Source: Trichoplax adhaerens
Taxonomy: Eukaryota > Animalia > Placozoa
Direction: 5' to 3'
Length of the DNA stretch: 64,000 bases
NCBI RefSeq assembly: GCF_000150275.1
Contig: NW_002060943.1
Span: forward strand, 5,476,008-5,540,007
The first letter of the stretch is position 1; each line of letters opens with the position of its first letter. Below the pieces are notes generated by a model. That model had not been told where the DNA came from, searched no databases, and was given only the letters and a program-made list of their open reading frames with translations. Positions 43,547-57,001 of the stretch are shown piece by piece. Position numbers and translations under genes: made by a program.

Positions 43547-45773
43547 ATTACTTTGGCCGCTGCTCTTTTATGGAGCCTGCCTGAATCAAGCTATCCCACG
43601 GAAGATCTTTTCTTTCAAAGAGTTAACCCTTTTAATTAAGCTATAAAACCCTCTTGAAACTACGACTTCCTATTTTACATAGGCACATAACCTTTATAAA
43701 ACCGAATAGGATATAATGTGATTGTATTACAGAAACAATACGTTCCATGCGCTTTCATGTTATGAAAGCTCTTTCGGATCAGTGTTGATCAGAGATAAAC
43801 ATAACATTAGTGCTGCAGATCGCTTTGACAACTGGATCTTTCATGGCCTACATCTTCTGCACTTACAGTACAGTACAGCGTATATGGGAAATTGTTGTAC
43901 CGTAGTGCTAATTATATTGATAGCAAGACAACAATGGCAATGAAAGATGGGAATATGTAATAAACACCTTGTAATTGGTGCCATGAACAAACTCATAACA
44001 AGCGTTGCCATTGAAATATTACGTACCTTGTTTGGCGTTTATGTGGCTGGCACATTAGCAGCTGGTAGATCTGCAGAACAGCCAACTACAAAATACATAT
44101 CAGCAAGCCATACACAGCTTGTTTTCTTGCATTATTCTATGATCAAAAGGAATACGCCGCTGTGCTACAGTTATTTATAAGATTCTCGTATTCTTGTAAT
44201 GACAACAATACATTCACGGACTAGGCGATTACTTGTACAGTGTACAGTACTGGTATAAATAATTTTGTTATCGTCCTAGCAGGTTAGTAATATTAAATGT
44301 GGACAAGATTGAAAAGTACAGGATACCTAGTGTACAGTAGTGCACTGTATTGTCCATGACAGTATTGATACTTTAAATTAATTTCCTTCCATTAGCTACA
44401 CAATGTCATCAGCGTTGGGTTAATTAATTATAGAATTATCCATAATAGAGGATTGCCTTTCATTTGCAGATTGGTGTTCAAATGGCTGGCACAGTATAAA
44501 ACAGTTATTGTAATAGTAAGTATGATATAAAGATTCTAGTCTTCTACATTCCGATAATTACGCATAGACGTATTATACTTTGCTACAACACATCATAAGA
44601 AATGATTACAAGCCTAGCTCATCTTTTGAACTGCCAATAATGGTGCTAAATAGTTAGGACAAATATTACCTTGGTACCCATTTTAATTGAGGTTATTGAT
44701 CAAAGGATTGCTTCATCATTCCTATTGTTGAAATTATGTACAGGTCATACGTCAAATAGAATAAACTACATAACGCATAAAAGTTGAAATATCATGAAAT
44801 ACGCTCACAATTTCTCATTCCAAGACAATATAAAGTTGAAAGATTAATGGCGTGATGAATAGTCCGTAACTAGTCTATTTTAAAGTGCTTCGTCGAATAT
44901 CAATGCCAACTTATCTTATTAACGACCGTTATGTATCGCTATTCATTAAGATAACAATAAAATGAAAGAACTAAATAATATCACCCTAAGGCTAAGAGAA
45001 CGCCGATTTTAATGAAATTGTTACATCGCAGACTGATGGCATTATTGGTTAACTTTATTTGTTTTTCACCAGGTTATGTAGTCTTTATTACTAGCCTACT
45101 GGCTAAAATATTTAGTACCATATACAGAACTTAAATGTAAAAAAAAACTTGCAATATTGACGGAAAGTGTTTACAAGTTTACAGGAAATTAGTAGGTTAA
45201 CTATTTTTTTTTTACCCTAATCAAAGGTTAAAGATAACGTTCGAAATTTCCCATAACAAATTCATCAAGTAATTGATAATTCGTTACTACAATATCGATT
45301 TTATTGTACTGCATCACCTACGATAATTCGTTATAAATTAACCATGGTATGATTCATTATCAGTTATGTACTATTAGTGGCTATATTGAGATTCTGTTAA
45401 ATATAATCAAACTGTTGTTGTCCTCTCTAATTTCACCAATATACAGTACGTACTGTATCAATTTTGAGTTTATATCCATGCTGTATTTTTTTAATTCCAT
45501 TTTCTAAGTTCATTACATTTTTATACCTACGCGTATTGGTTATCTAGTATTAATAGAGAACTTTCAGTAATAAAAAGGTTTATATTGTCATTCTTGTGAG
45601 CTGGAGCTTCTACTTTCATCACTATCGCTCAAATTTATCAAACAAATTTTGAATTTTTTTCGTAGTTAAAAGGCTAATACGCCATATTATTACTTTGGAA
45701 ATCTATGTAGCTTTATTTCTTATCCATAACATTGATAGTTCAGGCTCATCAATAACTTTGTTTTAACTATACG

Positions 45774-48559
45774 ATGGATACACCAATTGTAATCGGTAGG
45801 CCACAGCAAAATGTGACCGTAGACTATCATCTGCAACATAATTTTACATCTACGGTCGAAACTGTAATAAATGACTGTGCTGATATGTGGTACAGTATAA
45901 TATTTCTAGTAACATTATTTCTAACATTTCTATTTAATAGTATTTGCTTATTTATAATTTGGAATATCAATGGATTTAAAAATAATAAGAATCATCTATA
46001 TGTTCGAGCATTACTAGTGTGCGATGTAGGTGCTGCATTATTTATGGCAGTTTGCCCCAGCATGTATCTTATTGATTGCAGCTTTGTCAAGTCACAAGGG
46101 CTATGTTCTGCTATTGGCTTTATAACTTCTGTATTTAACGGCATGACTGCACTTATAGTCGCGTTAATGTGCATTGATCGTTATTTAGCCATAATTAAAC
46201 CATTTCTGTATCGTAGAATTGTAACGTACAACAAAATTGTAATTTGTATTATTCTATGCGCTGTTTGGCTTAGCCTTCACATGGCGATACCTCTATGGGG
46301 TTCAGGGAAATTTATAACATACCCTATAGGCAGATATTGCTCATTTGATATATTTGAGAAGAAACCATACGATCGTGTATTATCTTATTTAGTATTTGGA
46401 GAAGGCATTATTATATCCTTCTTAGTCATATTTTGTAGCATTCGTATTATTCGATCATTACGAAAGCAACGCAAATCAATTAAAACCATGTCTATCAAGC
46501 AAACAAGCAGAGCAAAAGCACGATTAATAACTGGCAATTTCGAAATGTTGACAGCATGGATTGCAGTTTGCTTCATCTCATGTTATTTACCATTTGTGGT
46601 AAGTGCGGTTGATAAAATTAAACTAATTATATGTGATTATTAATTATAACAATTTACTGCTTTTATCTTGTATACGACAGAGTACTCGTGTATTCGTGAG
46701 TAAGCAATTCTTCTGTTAACAATTTTATCAGTAGTACAAAAGCGTGAAATTCAATAATGGTTGCTTTAAAATTTTACTCTATCAGCGATTTTCGACGATG
46801 AGACTTTTACTAATGTGATATATTTTAACCATTTTCTGCGATAGATAGAGGCAACAGGTGTTTAATACTTTATAATTTAAGAGTATATTTGTAGCCAAGC
46901 ATATCCTTATATTATGCGTAGAAGCTAATTATAATATACCAGAGAAATTTTAGAATTTAACTACGTGCGACAGCAAAATACTGTTGAGTCACATTTACGA
47001 AACATTTATTCATGTAAGCTCCTCTATACCGTATTATCACACCGCATTGATTTAACTAAATAAGATTTGAAAGAATAGTTATTCGTGCAATTGATCATGT
47101 TAAAGAGCTATCAATGTTTAGAAAGAAATCTTTCGACAATACACACATTACTTTAAATAGGTATAAGCCTCTTTAATGGAATATTCATTTCGCAATTTCT
47201 TTATCGATAATTTTTTTAATTGATATCGCTGAAATTGAAACGTGTAGAACGTTACATCGCGATGGCAACGCCGTAAATCTAGTGAAGGCATTCTATAGAG
47301 AAAGAATATAGTTATGTTAGACTAATTCAAATTACTTCCGCTTTGTCACTTAGCTAATTTGTCTCGTTACTTTTATTCGTTTTGCCTAGTTTTTATCCTG
47401 ATTTGTTCAATTTTGAGGACTTTTGATAATACCTTTATAGTCTTCATTAAAATATTTCAATTTGACATTAATGGCAAATTGTTAAATTATTCTTTTCTGT
47501 ATAGTTATTCCGATTGCTATGCATGATTAATATTGAGCTTCAAGATACCTTTGGCCACTATATCACGGAGAATATTCTCTACTTAAATCCACTACTGAAT
47601 CCATTTTTATGTGTCACGTATAACAAACGTTACAGAACAAAATTTCATATCATGCTAATGCAGTGTGGCTTAGTTTGCTGTATAAGCAAAGTAAGACGAA
47701 AACTGGAAACAGGTGAGCTTATCTGGAGCTAGTCCAATTATAGTCTTCAGTAATATTATAATCGCTCATTTTTTAGTCAAACATGCTTAACATACAGACC
47801 ATAGTATTGCAGATAAATAGAATTTTACCCTAATTTTTTTAAATATGCATAACTTATATGTATCTAAAGGCTATTTGCATTCTTCTTCTTGCATATTTAG
47901 CTATCCAAGTTGATAGAGTCGAAATGGCTCTACCTTCTGCTTTTGATGAGAGAAAAAGTACTGTTGTTAGTGCCAATGATACATCCTGTATGGATTTTGA
48001 GTCTAGATTTCAGGTTAATACGATGCGAAAATCTTCAACCATTCTTTCAATGGTTGATCTCCATAACGTCCATTTAGATCGTGAGAGCAATCTTATAAAA
48101 CTGCAGAAACTTCGTGCGAATAGCAAACTTAGCAGGACTCTTCAAAATCATATACTTAGTCATGAACAAAATGATAGCGGTCATGAAAATATTCCAGCCA
48201 GCCGTACAAGTCCCACTAATAGTATTACAGATAATGTTTCGGTTGCATTTATGATCGATAACACTGATAACACCGCTGAAAATACTGATCATTCTGATGA
48301 TACCGGAATTTATATAAATGATAACATCAATGACATTAATGATGACAAAATCAATTACAATGACTTTAACAAAACTGATAATACTAATAAGGCGGAGATT
48401 ACTATTGCCGTCGATAGATCTGATAAAGTTAGTAATAGTAATTTTAAAATAGTTGATACTAATGATGTTGCAAATAATGTAAAGGACACTGGCGAAGATG
48501 GAAATAGCAACAGCAATACTAATTTAGATGCGACGGATACGTATTACGCAAGCTTTTGA
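45774..48559 (+). CDS. Rhodopsin-family (class A) orphan GPCR, 3 exons, long Asn/Asp-rich C-tail
   Basis: Exon 45774-46598 covers TM1-6 (FN in TM1, LLVCD, CIDRY, W in TM4, CYLPF). Exon 47504-47712 covers TM7 LNPLLNPFLC and helix 8. Exon 47901-48559 encodes the tail. Splice phases are consistent. Confidence 0.9.
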
Positions 48560-49539
48560 GAGCTTAAATTACTGGATAAAACGATCAAACTAACGTAATC
48601 ATCGTCTTAATTCTGATTAATGGCTTTTACAGCTATGAATTAATTGGTTTCTCCATCGATCAGATTCGCTAATAGCTATGTTGGAGATAATATTGGATCT
48701 TATCCAAAGATTACATAACTTAATATAATAATAACATGATTATTGCTAAGATAAATACAAAAGACTCTGTTTATGGCGTATTTTAGAATTAATTATAGTT
48801 ACTTTATAATTTCAACAGTTACGAATACTATTATACTGTTGAATCAGATGAGCTCAAAATAAACTTTTCATAATAATAAATTACATTTGACAATGAAAAA
48901 TTAAAGTGATTCAGTTGTTGCTTGAACTTATGACCGTCACTCGATAAAATAAGAATATGCAAACTACATGTATTAAAAATCCTACTACGCTGTGAATGAC
49001 ATGCATTATTTATGATACGTATCCATGGATAGAACATCTAAATATCGTGAATTATAATAAAATTCATTATCCATGATATTTTATGCAACTAAGGAATAGG
49101 TATGCTAAAGAATAGGTTGTTGATTCTACTTAATCTTATTAGTTGTAGTTAAGTCAATATTGACTATAGCATGAACTTTCCTCCTCACACAACACCAAGT
49201 AATATTATACGTCATCTGGTATGCTAATAAAAGAAAGGAATATTGTAAAAAGCTTTCGTACTTTGTCTTTGGATCTATTTCGTTATGCATCAGAATCATT
49301 TGGTCGAATGTGAGATCATGATATGTCGATGAATATCAAAACATGTTTTCAAATTAACGTAGATGAAATAAAAGATTTCAATTAGACGCACTCTTTCTTG
49401 AAATCATTTTAATAAGCATGTTTAGGAATATTTGCTTAGCAAATTAAGTTGGTGTGAATTAAAACTAAGCTTTGTATCAGGTCTTATACTTACTATTAAT
49501 TTGGAAACTAGTTGAGGTTATAGACTTTTATTGGACATC

Positions 49540-52500
49540 ATGGAGTTACGATATCTTAAACCTCGAGCAATTTGCTACATTTTTTTACTCCTAATTTTAA
49601 GTATGGTCACCTTCCTTCCCACTATTGCCTATCATACACGAAATCCAGTATCAGAATATCATTTCTTGTAAGTAAATCGTTATTAGATGATCATTATAAT
49701 TATTAATTAATTGGTAACTTTAAATTTTCCCTTTGCCTTATCCAATGAAAAACTTCAGTTAATCTGATATAATAATGTAATAAGAAGTCATGTAGGTACT
49801 TTACGTTCGGAATTTCATCTGCTAGCATGTGATAATGTGCTTAACTGTAATCGATACTCTAGTTTTGAATTTTAAATCGTAACTATAAAACAGAATCTTT
49901 ATCAATAATCGTAGTTGAACTAAAAACGATCGCGGACTGGTACTGATAGCATAACTTCAACCTTTGGCTTGTAACTTGCCTATTAATTAGTATAAAACTA
50001 TGCCATTATTCACGTGTGCTGCATCGTTAATGATGCTGGAAAATGAAATTATTTGCTTAAAAATCATAATCTAGTTACTTTTATACATGATTAGCTAGCA
50101 AAATTTTCACGTAAACTGCGTACTTAGGTAATTTAGATATCTGAAAACTGCATTAATGGTTTTCGTCATCAAATCACAGTAAAGTGCTTTTAAGTCAAAC
50201 ATTTAGAACCTTACAGTTGTTAAATATTGGCTGTTTTTAGTACCGTACTTAGTGTAAATAAGTGAATACGATAGGAATTATTTGTCTACGACAGCTTAAT
50301 TAGTTTTTAGAGACATAGTTTTAATATCACAAGTCTCAGAATTAAACTATCTTATTAGAACGAATGAATTCAGTGGTTTTACCCTATATTTAGATAGTTT
50401 TAGCTTCTTATGATCCTAGAAGAAACTATGATATCTGTTAGTATTAATTTCTACCTTTGATTCCCTCATAAGTTTTTAAATTTCTTTATTTCTTCATCAT
50501 TTTTAGTATAAGTTAGTATCCTAACAAAAGTCTGATCATTTAAATTTGATGGGGTCATATCATGTGATAGATTAACTTTTAACTTAATAAGTTCAACAGT
50601 ATTAGACATCAAAATCGTAGTACGTTATACTAACTATTACTTTTATCGAAGCAAACTTTGAATTGGTAATTCAATGTTTGCGAGTGTAGTAAGATTCTGA
50701 TTCGTTAGGTAATATTTCTAGTTATATCATACAGCAAGTAAAGTTACTTTCATGATTTTATTACTTTATATGCGATACTGTATTAAGAAAGCTTGAAAAT
50801 ATAATAGCAAAGTGCAGATTGCTGGGTAATAACACAATATAAAACTGCTAAAACACCCTACAACAGGTTGCAGTACTTCGACGTCTAGTGCTCCCACCTT
50901 ATCTGTGTGAGAACATAATTTAATTTGAGAAAGTATCAATGTACGGTTGAACCACAATAGAAATGTTGACCTTATCTTTCTGTTATTTTGCCAAGCTTTT
51001 TTTGCAAGCAGTAAGTAGATAATCTCTAGCAGATAACTATTAACTGAGTGTATTGCATTTCATTCCCCTATTATCGTTAGACCTTTGAAAATGGTCTAGA
51101 ATAGCCGTAGATAAGTAAAATTTAATTTTTAATTTTTTAATAAACACTTTATGATAACTTTATTTTAATTCTTATAAACTAAGAGGAACTTTTAGCACTA
51201 ATTATAAATCCTTTATGATATATACCATAAATTATTATTTCCCCTGCGTGATCGCATTACATAACGACATTAAAACACCCTAACTTAAACAATTGAATAG
51301 ATTTAGTATTAATGAAAATAGGTTTGAAAAATAAAGGTTGAATGACAAAAGTATTCTTCTTTTATTAAAAAACACTAGAGATTTTAATATTCATTAGTAA
51401 TCATGCAAATAATATCTTAGTTGCATAAAATTACTGAGATAGAGATATATTATTATTACTTTAAACTCGTTACAAGTCGAACACCCGCGTAGTAAACATC
51501 TGAGTTCGAATTAGACAGTTAATCTGGATAAAATATGCTAATAACTAATTTATAGTCTGATTCGATTATTGAAATTTTAATAATGTCGGAAAGAATTACT
51601 ACTTTTGTCTGTAAAAGAGAATTACCAAAGTCGGCTGGAGTTTGTTGTTTAGCATAGTGATACTAGATCAGTCGTTGAATATTACTGCATGATCTGTCAA
51701 CACGACGTATACTTTCTATCATCTTTCTATCATCTGATCAACAGTACCAATACGTTGATAAAAAAAATTTTGTCATGCGAGAATTCATTTAAGGATAACG
51801 GTAACGGCATATACTGTTGCTTAGAATATAGGATGTAGATAAGATAAAATAAATTTTAATTTAGTTTGTTGTTATCATGATTATGCGATTACCAATTTTT
51901 AGATGTGTTTTGTTACTATTGGAATTTTCGAACTTTGTACTGTACATTTACGACCAATAAACTAGGGCTATAAAAATTTGTTTTCCGATAAAAGTTTAAG
52001 TAATCATTTTATGCGCGATTAGTTAGCTTCTTAAAAAAGTTTTGAAATCTTGGAATTGAAGTAATTGCTACGTTCTAGCTCGAAAGAATAAGTATTTAGA
52101 TTCCTACATATTACAGTGGACAAGCAGAGAAAACTTAATATTCGTACATAGTACGGTACACTTCGGTTCGATAGGTTGTAAGGGGTTAAACTGGCTACAT
52201 AAATTTAAATGCTTGCTTTACTTTAGAAATAATCAGACAATCGCACTTCTACTAAAGATAGTAACTAGAATGAAATAGCTGTATTCACTTTCGTACCACG
52301 GTGCAATGATTTTAAAATGAAATCTGATTTGCAGGAGGTTACAGCGATTTTCGGTGGGAAATGTTTCATTTAAAGTGGGGTAAATTATCGTTTTTTTTCG
52401 TTATAATGATAGCCACAATGAGAATTACTATGATATGATTATGTTCTGAAATGGCCTATCAGCAACAGCAAATTGCTTATTGATTTTACTGACTGCCTAT

Positions 52501-54999
52501 TGATGACTTTTATTAGCTTCGAATATAATACAGAATTGGTTAACACTGTTTCATTTATTGATGATTAATTTCAAAAAGTAAAAAGATGGAAATTAATATA
52601 GTAAAGATCTCTATAATTGCGCTAGCATACGCAAAGTGATACAATATTATATTTGTAGATATATACCAGTACAAGTGTACATGCACACTTATAAAGCTCT
52701 TATAAATAAATAATTAAACGATATTAGAAGGAGTAAGCATTTTCTTCATTAGATCTTGCAACAAATGATTGACTGGTTTGCTAAAGTATCTATTATATGG
52801 TTAATAATGCTATTTTACAGAGTTTTTCTTCTCTATGTAGCTGATTACCGGCCGTGATTTCTTGTTTAATTTTTTTAAACACTATATTCGTATAATGCTC
52901 AAATTCTGGGCTAGAAAGGACCTGTAAATAGTTATGATAATGATCTGATAACGCTAATCGAAATTTTCGATTACTTCTTTTCAGAAATTTGACGCTATTG
53001 AATTTATCACAAGTGGATCATGCAGTAATACTTGAAATTAATCAAACTTATGCTGGAAGACCTGAGTTGCAATCCTACTTATTACATTTACTGCAGTCAA
53101 TCCCTGTACTTACGCCTAATGTCGGTAAGTCCCAATATCATCAATTCGTTTCGAACGATATACAGTACTCTGCGAATTTCATTCTTTCTTTGTTGTCACT
53201 ATGATTGTCATCAAATTAGGTCATAACCAATGATGTTATGTGCTTTGAAATGCTTGTCACTGATCCTTTCTGTAACATAAATTTATTAGATACCAGTGCT
53301 AAGTGCCAACATCCTTTACAACTTGATAATAAAACGAATACGTGTCAAGCTCAGTGCGATTGGCCTTGGACTTGGGATCGTTTTACTTATCCATCAGAAG
53401 CAGCGGCTATTGCTGTCTTAGTTACGAGTATTATTGGCATTGTCTCTATGATTTTTGTTATTAGTACATGGCTCTGTTCGAAATCACTGTAAGTATAGTG
53501 ATAATTTCGTTGTGGCTCAAATTATGACATAAAAAACACTTAATTTTTTCTTGGATTTTATTTGATAGGCTTAAATTTCCTCACTCTATTCCGTTATTTA
53601 TGATGTTATCGGTGACATCTTATAGTAAGTATACTATTCTGGTAATTTCATAACTACGGTATTTTAGAAGTTATGATAACTTTTGATGTTGGTTAAATGC
53701 AGACGGACTAAAATGGGATTTTAAAATATCTGTTGTTATGATTTGATTTTAGCAATCGTCAGTTCTTTACCGGCTGTCCTTGGTTACAGAGAATCTTTCT
53801 GTGCAAGTCAATATTTAAATTTATATGGAACTGACCAAGTAACAGCATTTTGTCAAGCTCAAGGTAATGTAATTTTTAAGTTCATAGCATATTGTAATAG
53901 GATTGTACAAATGAAACAATTTAATGCGAGTTAAATTAGTACGTCCTACGTAGTCATTTGATGGATTTATTGCTTTGCTACCCTTGTTTAATGAGGTATC
54001 ATTCGATCGCTACATATGTAGCTTATACCCGAACATTGTTTAAATTTTTTTCAATTTATTTCTAATGATAGGTGCTCTACTTCATTATCTAACAATCTCA
54101 TTGGCAATTTGGTGGTTGTTTTATGTTGGCAATATGTATTTTATCGTTGTTCGCGGCAATAATTCTATCTTAAACTCTCAAAATACTTTGATCATTACAC
54201 AAGTTTGTGAGAGTTTTGTTGCATGGGGTATTCCAGGAATTTTGGTTGCTGTTGTTTTTGCGACACCTACTTCATATAAGCACAATGCAGTATTTAGCTT
54301 AGCTTGCTTTCCAGCCACGGTGAATTATTTCTATTACGCTTATTCACTTCCGTGCCAAATTTGTCTACTTGTTGGTCAGGTTATGCTTTGTGAAATAGTT
54401 CGATTTCTATATGAGGTAATGATAGAATTGCATAAGTAATATCAATTTCATAATTTAAGATTACCGTCAATTTTATGATACTACTACTGTGAGCATGCAT
54501 AAAAAATTCTGACGATCTTTATTTTTTAAATTGCTTATAGCTACGTCGCTACACTAAAAAGACCAATGTATCTAGACCTTCAGGTGAAGAAGATACCTTG
54601 AAGTTGATACAATATCGTTTTGTCGCGCTAGCCTTTTGTTACTTGATAATCGTGACCACTTTTATGGTTATGACGACTATAACCATTCAAACTGCAGACG
54701 ATTACGTAAAGATGGTCAAAATATACTTTCAGTGTTTAAGGTTAACAACCCGTGAACAGTGCCGTGATTTTTTACCAATTAGCAGATTTAGTCAGCGATC
54801 TCTGGGTATTTTAATTGGTATATCAAGTGGCGCGTTATGCTTGACTAATTTGATCTTTCTAATACCAAGTAAAGAAACTAGAAAAGTCTGGCGTCGATGG
54901 TTTCGTCGAATTACATGTTCGAGTCATGCCCAGGTGGAACCGCGCGAAAGGTCAGCGTATCAAAATCCACTGTTAATTTATGACAGTAAAGTTGTATAG
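49540..54999 (+). CDS. Frizzled/Smoothened-family (class F) 7TM receptor lacking a recognisable CRD
   Basis: Signal-peptide exon 49540-49667 (phase 2) joins 52985-53124 in frame. Further exons are 53290-53488, 53569-53624, 53753-53863, 54072-54415 and 54541-54999. Class-F hallmarks: linker CQHPL..CQAQC, KFP after TM1, ECL1 Cys, Y...S..WW in TM3, AWGIP in TM4, and SKETRKVWRR after TM7. Confidence 0.75.
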
Positions 55000-55568
55000 G
55001 GATCGAATGGCCAAAGATACTGTATATTGTCGTGTATATGCATGTTATTTACACATTATCTCATGAATGTATCATATTAATGGAGATATTTATCGCAAAT
55101 ACTCCGGTATATTTCCATATAAATTGACCACAACTTGTAAAAGTTCATTGCACAAACTTGCACTATATTGTACTGTATTCTAGGATAATCATGGGAGTTA
55201 TGTTTAAAATAATGAAGTATGTTAAAAGCTAGGTCATACTTTGCATGTAACATACGAAAAATGCTGCTTTTGGCATTGATTACAATTTTAATTATTACCT
55301 GTCTGTCATACGCGTATATAGTAGTACTTATGTCAAATGATGGACCGATTGGACTGGATAATTTATTTTTATTTGATGTGAGTTAAGCCATCGTTGAAGC
55401 TGTATCACCACTTCACCCAATTATGAAATGATTTTATATATTGTATGATAATTATTCGGTCTCCAATAGCTTGAGCAATGAAGTATTTATAATGAATGAT
55501 TGCAGCTGTTTTATGCCAATTAGAATAATGTATTTTGTTGTTAGCTCGGTTTACAGCATGATATTCGA

Positions 55569-56384
55569 TGTGCTCACTTCGTACAAGTACAGTATAGGGA
55601 TGACGCAATTAAAAGCGAACTTTCTAGGACAAATGTTAAAATTGATTGAACAGGCGTTTTTACTATCGATGATTGTAATCTACAGACGCCAAACTAGCCT
55701 GTAAGCTGGCGGAATCGAGTGGCATTCTTACTTAAGAGAAAGTATGCATCTTCCATCATGACATGCTCGACTGCTATCTATTTCAAAGCATTGCTTTATA
55801 GCATTAGAATTGGTCGAGGTACGTTATGAAAACCTAGTTAAAGGCTAACTGTCTAGGACAAGCGTTAAAATTAATTGAACGGGCGTTTTTACTATCGATG
55901 ATTGTAATCTACTGACGCCAGACTAGCCTGTAAGCTGGCTAAATCGAGTAGCCATTCTTAGTTAAGAGAAAATATGCATCTTCCATCATGACATACTCGG
56001 CTGCTATTCATTTCAAAGTATTGCTTTATTGCATTAGAATTAGTAGAGATACGTTATGAAAACCTAGGGCAATTTTTTGTGCTATGACAAATGTGTTCAC
56101 TTCGTACAAGTACAGTATAGGGATGAGGCAATTAAAGGCTAAGTGTCTAGGACAAGTGTCAAAATTGATTAAACAGGCTTTTTACTATCGATGATTGTAA
56201 TCTACTGACGCCAGACTAGCCTGTAAGCTAGCTAAATCGAGTTGCCATTCTTAGTTAAGAGAAAATATACATCTTCCATCATGACATACTCGGCTGCTAT
56301 CCATTTCAAGCATTACTTTATTGCATTAGAATTGGTAGAGGTAACATTATAAAAACCTAGGGCAATTTTTGTGCTATGACAAAT
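55569..56384. repeat. Three-copy diverged tandem repeat (about 255-290 bp units)
   Basis: The block ctaggacaa..ttactatcgatgattgtaatctac..actagcctgtaagct..catcttccatcatgacat..gcattagaatt..aaaacctag recurs three times. Confidence 0.9.
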
Positions 56385-56656
56385 TTAATCGGAGTAAAGA
56401 ATTGACCGTGCTTCATTCACTGGATAACAGAATAACAGTGTACTCATGATGGAGAATCAATCAGACAGTTTTGTTTTATACCATTGACAGCTGCTCAGAA
56501 TGCATCAAGTTCAAAAATAGACATCACCCTTGAATCATTGCATACCGGGTTTTTAATTAATTAATTCATTTAACCTCCATTTTCCCGTCAAGGATGACGA
56601 GTGAGATACTATATTGGTTTGTCGATCGGAATACGACCCGATCCATTGGCTTAATA

Positions 56657-56672
56657 GTGTACAGTACAGTAT
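56657..56672. repeat. Short ACAGT tract upstream of EXOSC4
   Basis: gtgtacagtacagtat about 330 bp before the ATG at 57002. Confidence 0.55.
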
Positions 56673-57001
56673 ACTCATGATTTCATCGAATGACAGCAGC
56701 TAGGATGAACGTCCAGTAAATGTCCGTCCAAGAGTCGATTACAGCACGGCGTGTGTGTACTGAACGGCGCTACAGTCTAATCGTGACTTGAAATAATATG
56801 GAGCAAGGCCTAACTAGCAGGGGGTTGGTTATTGGGTGATTGGTGGTAGTTGTACAGTGCTTTTGTACTAAATTTGGGGGGGTTATTTGACCGGGGGTTA
56901 CACAACTAACTGGTTACAGTAACTGGTCAACGTACGTCATCAAGCGACTCAGCTGCTTCGTGGTTCGGTGCATTGAAGTAACGAAACCATTTGAAATTAA
57001 A

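Noticed and set aside
42898-43584. Five overlapping ORFs on both strands
   Set aside because: Same artefact: stop-free pentamer repeats.
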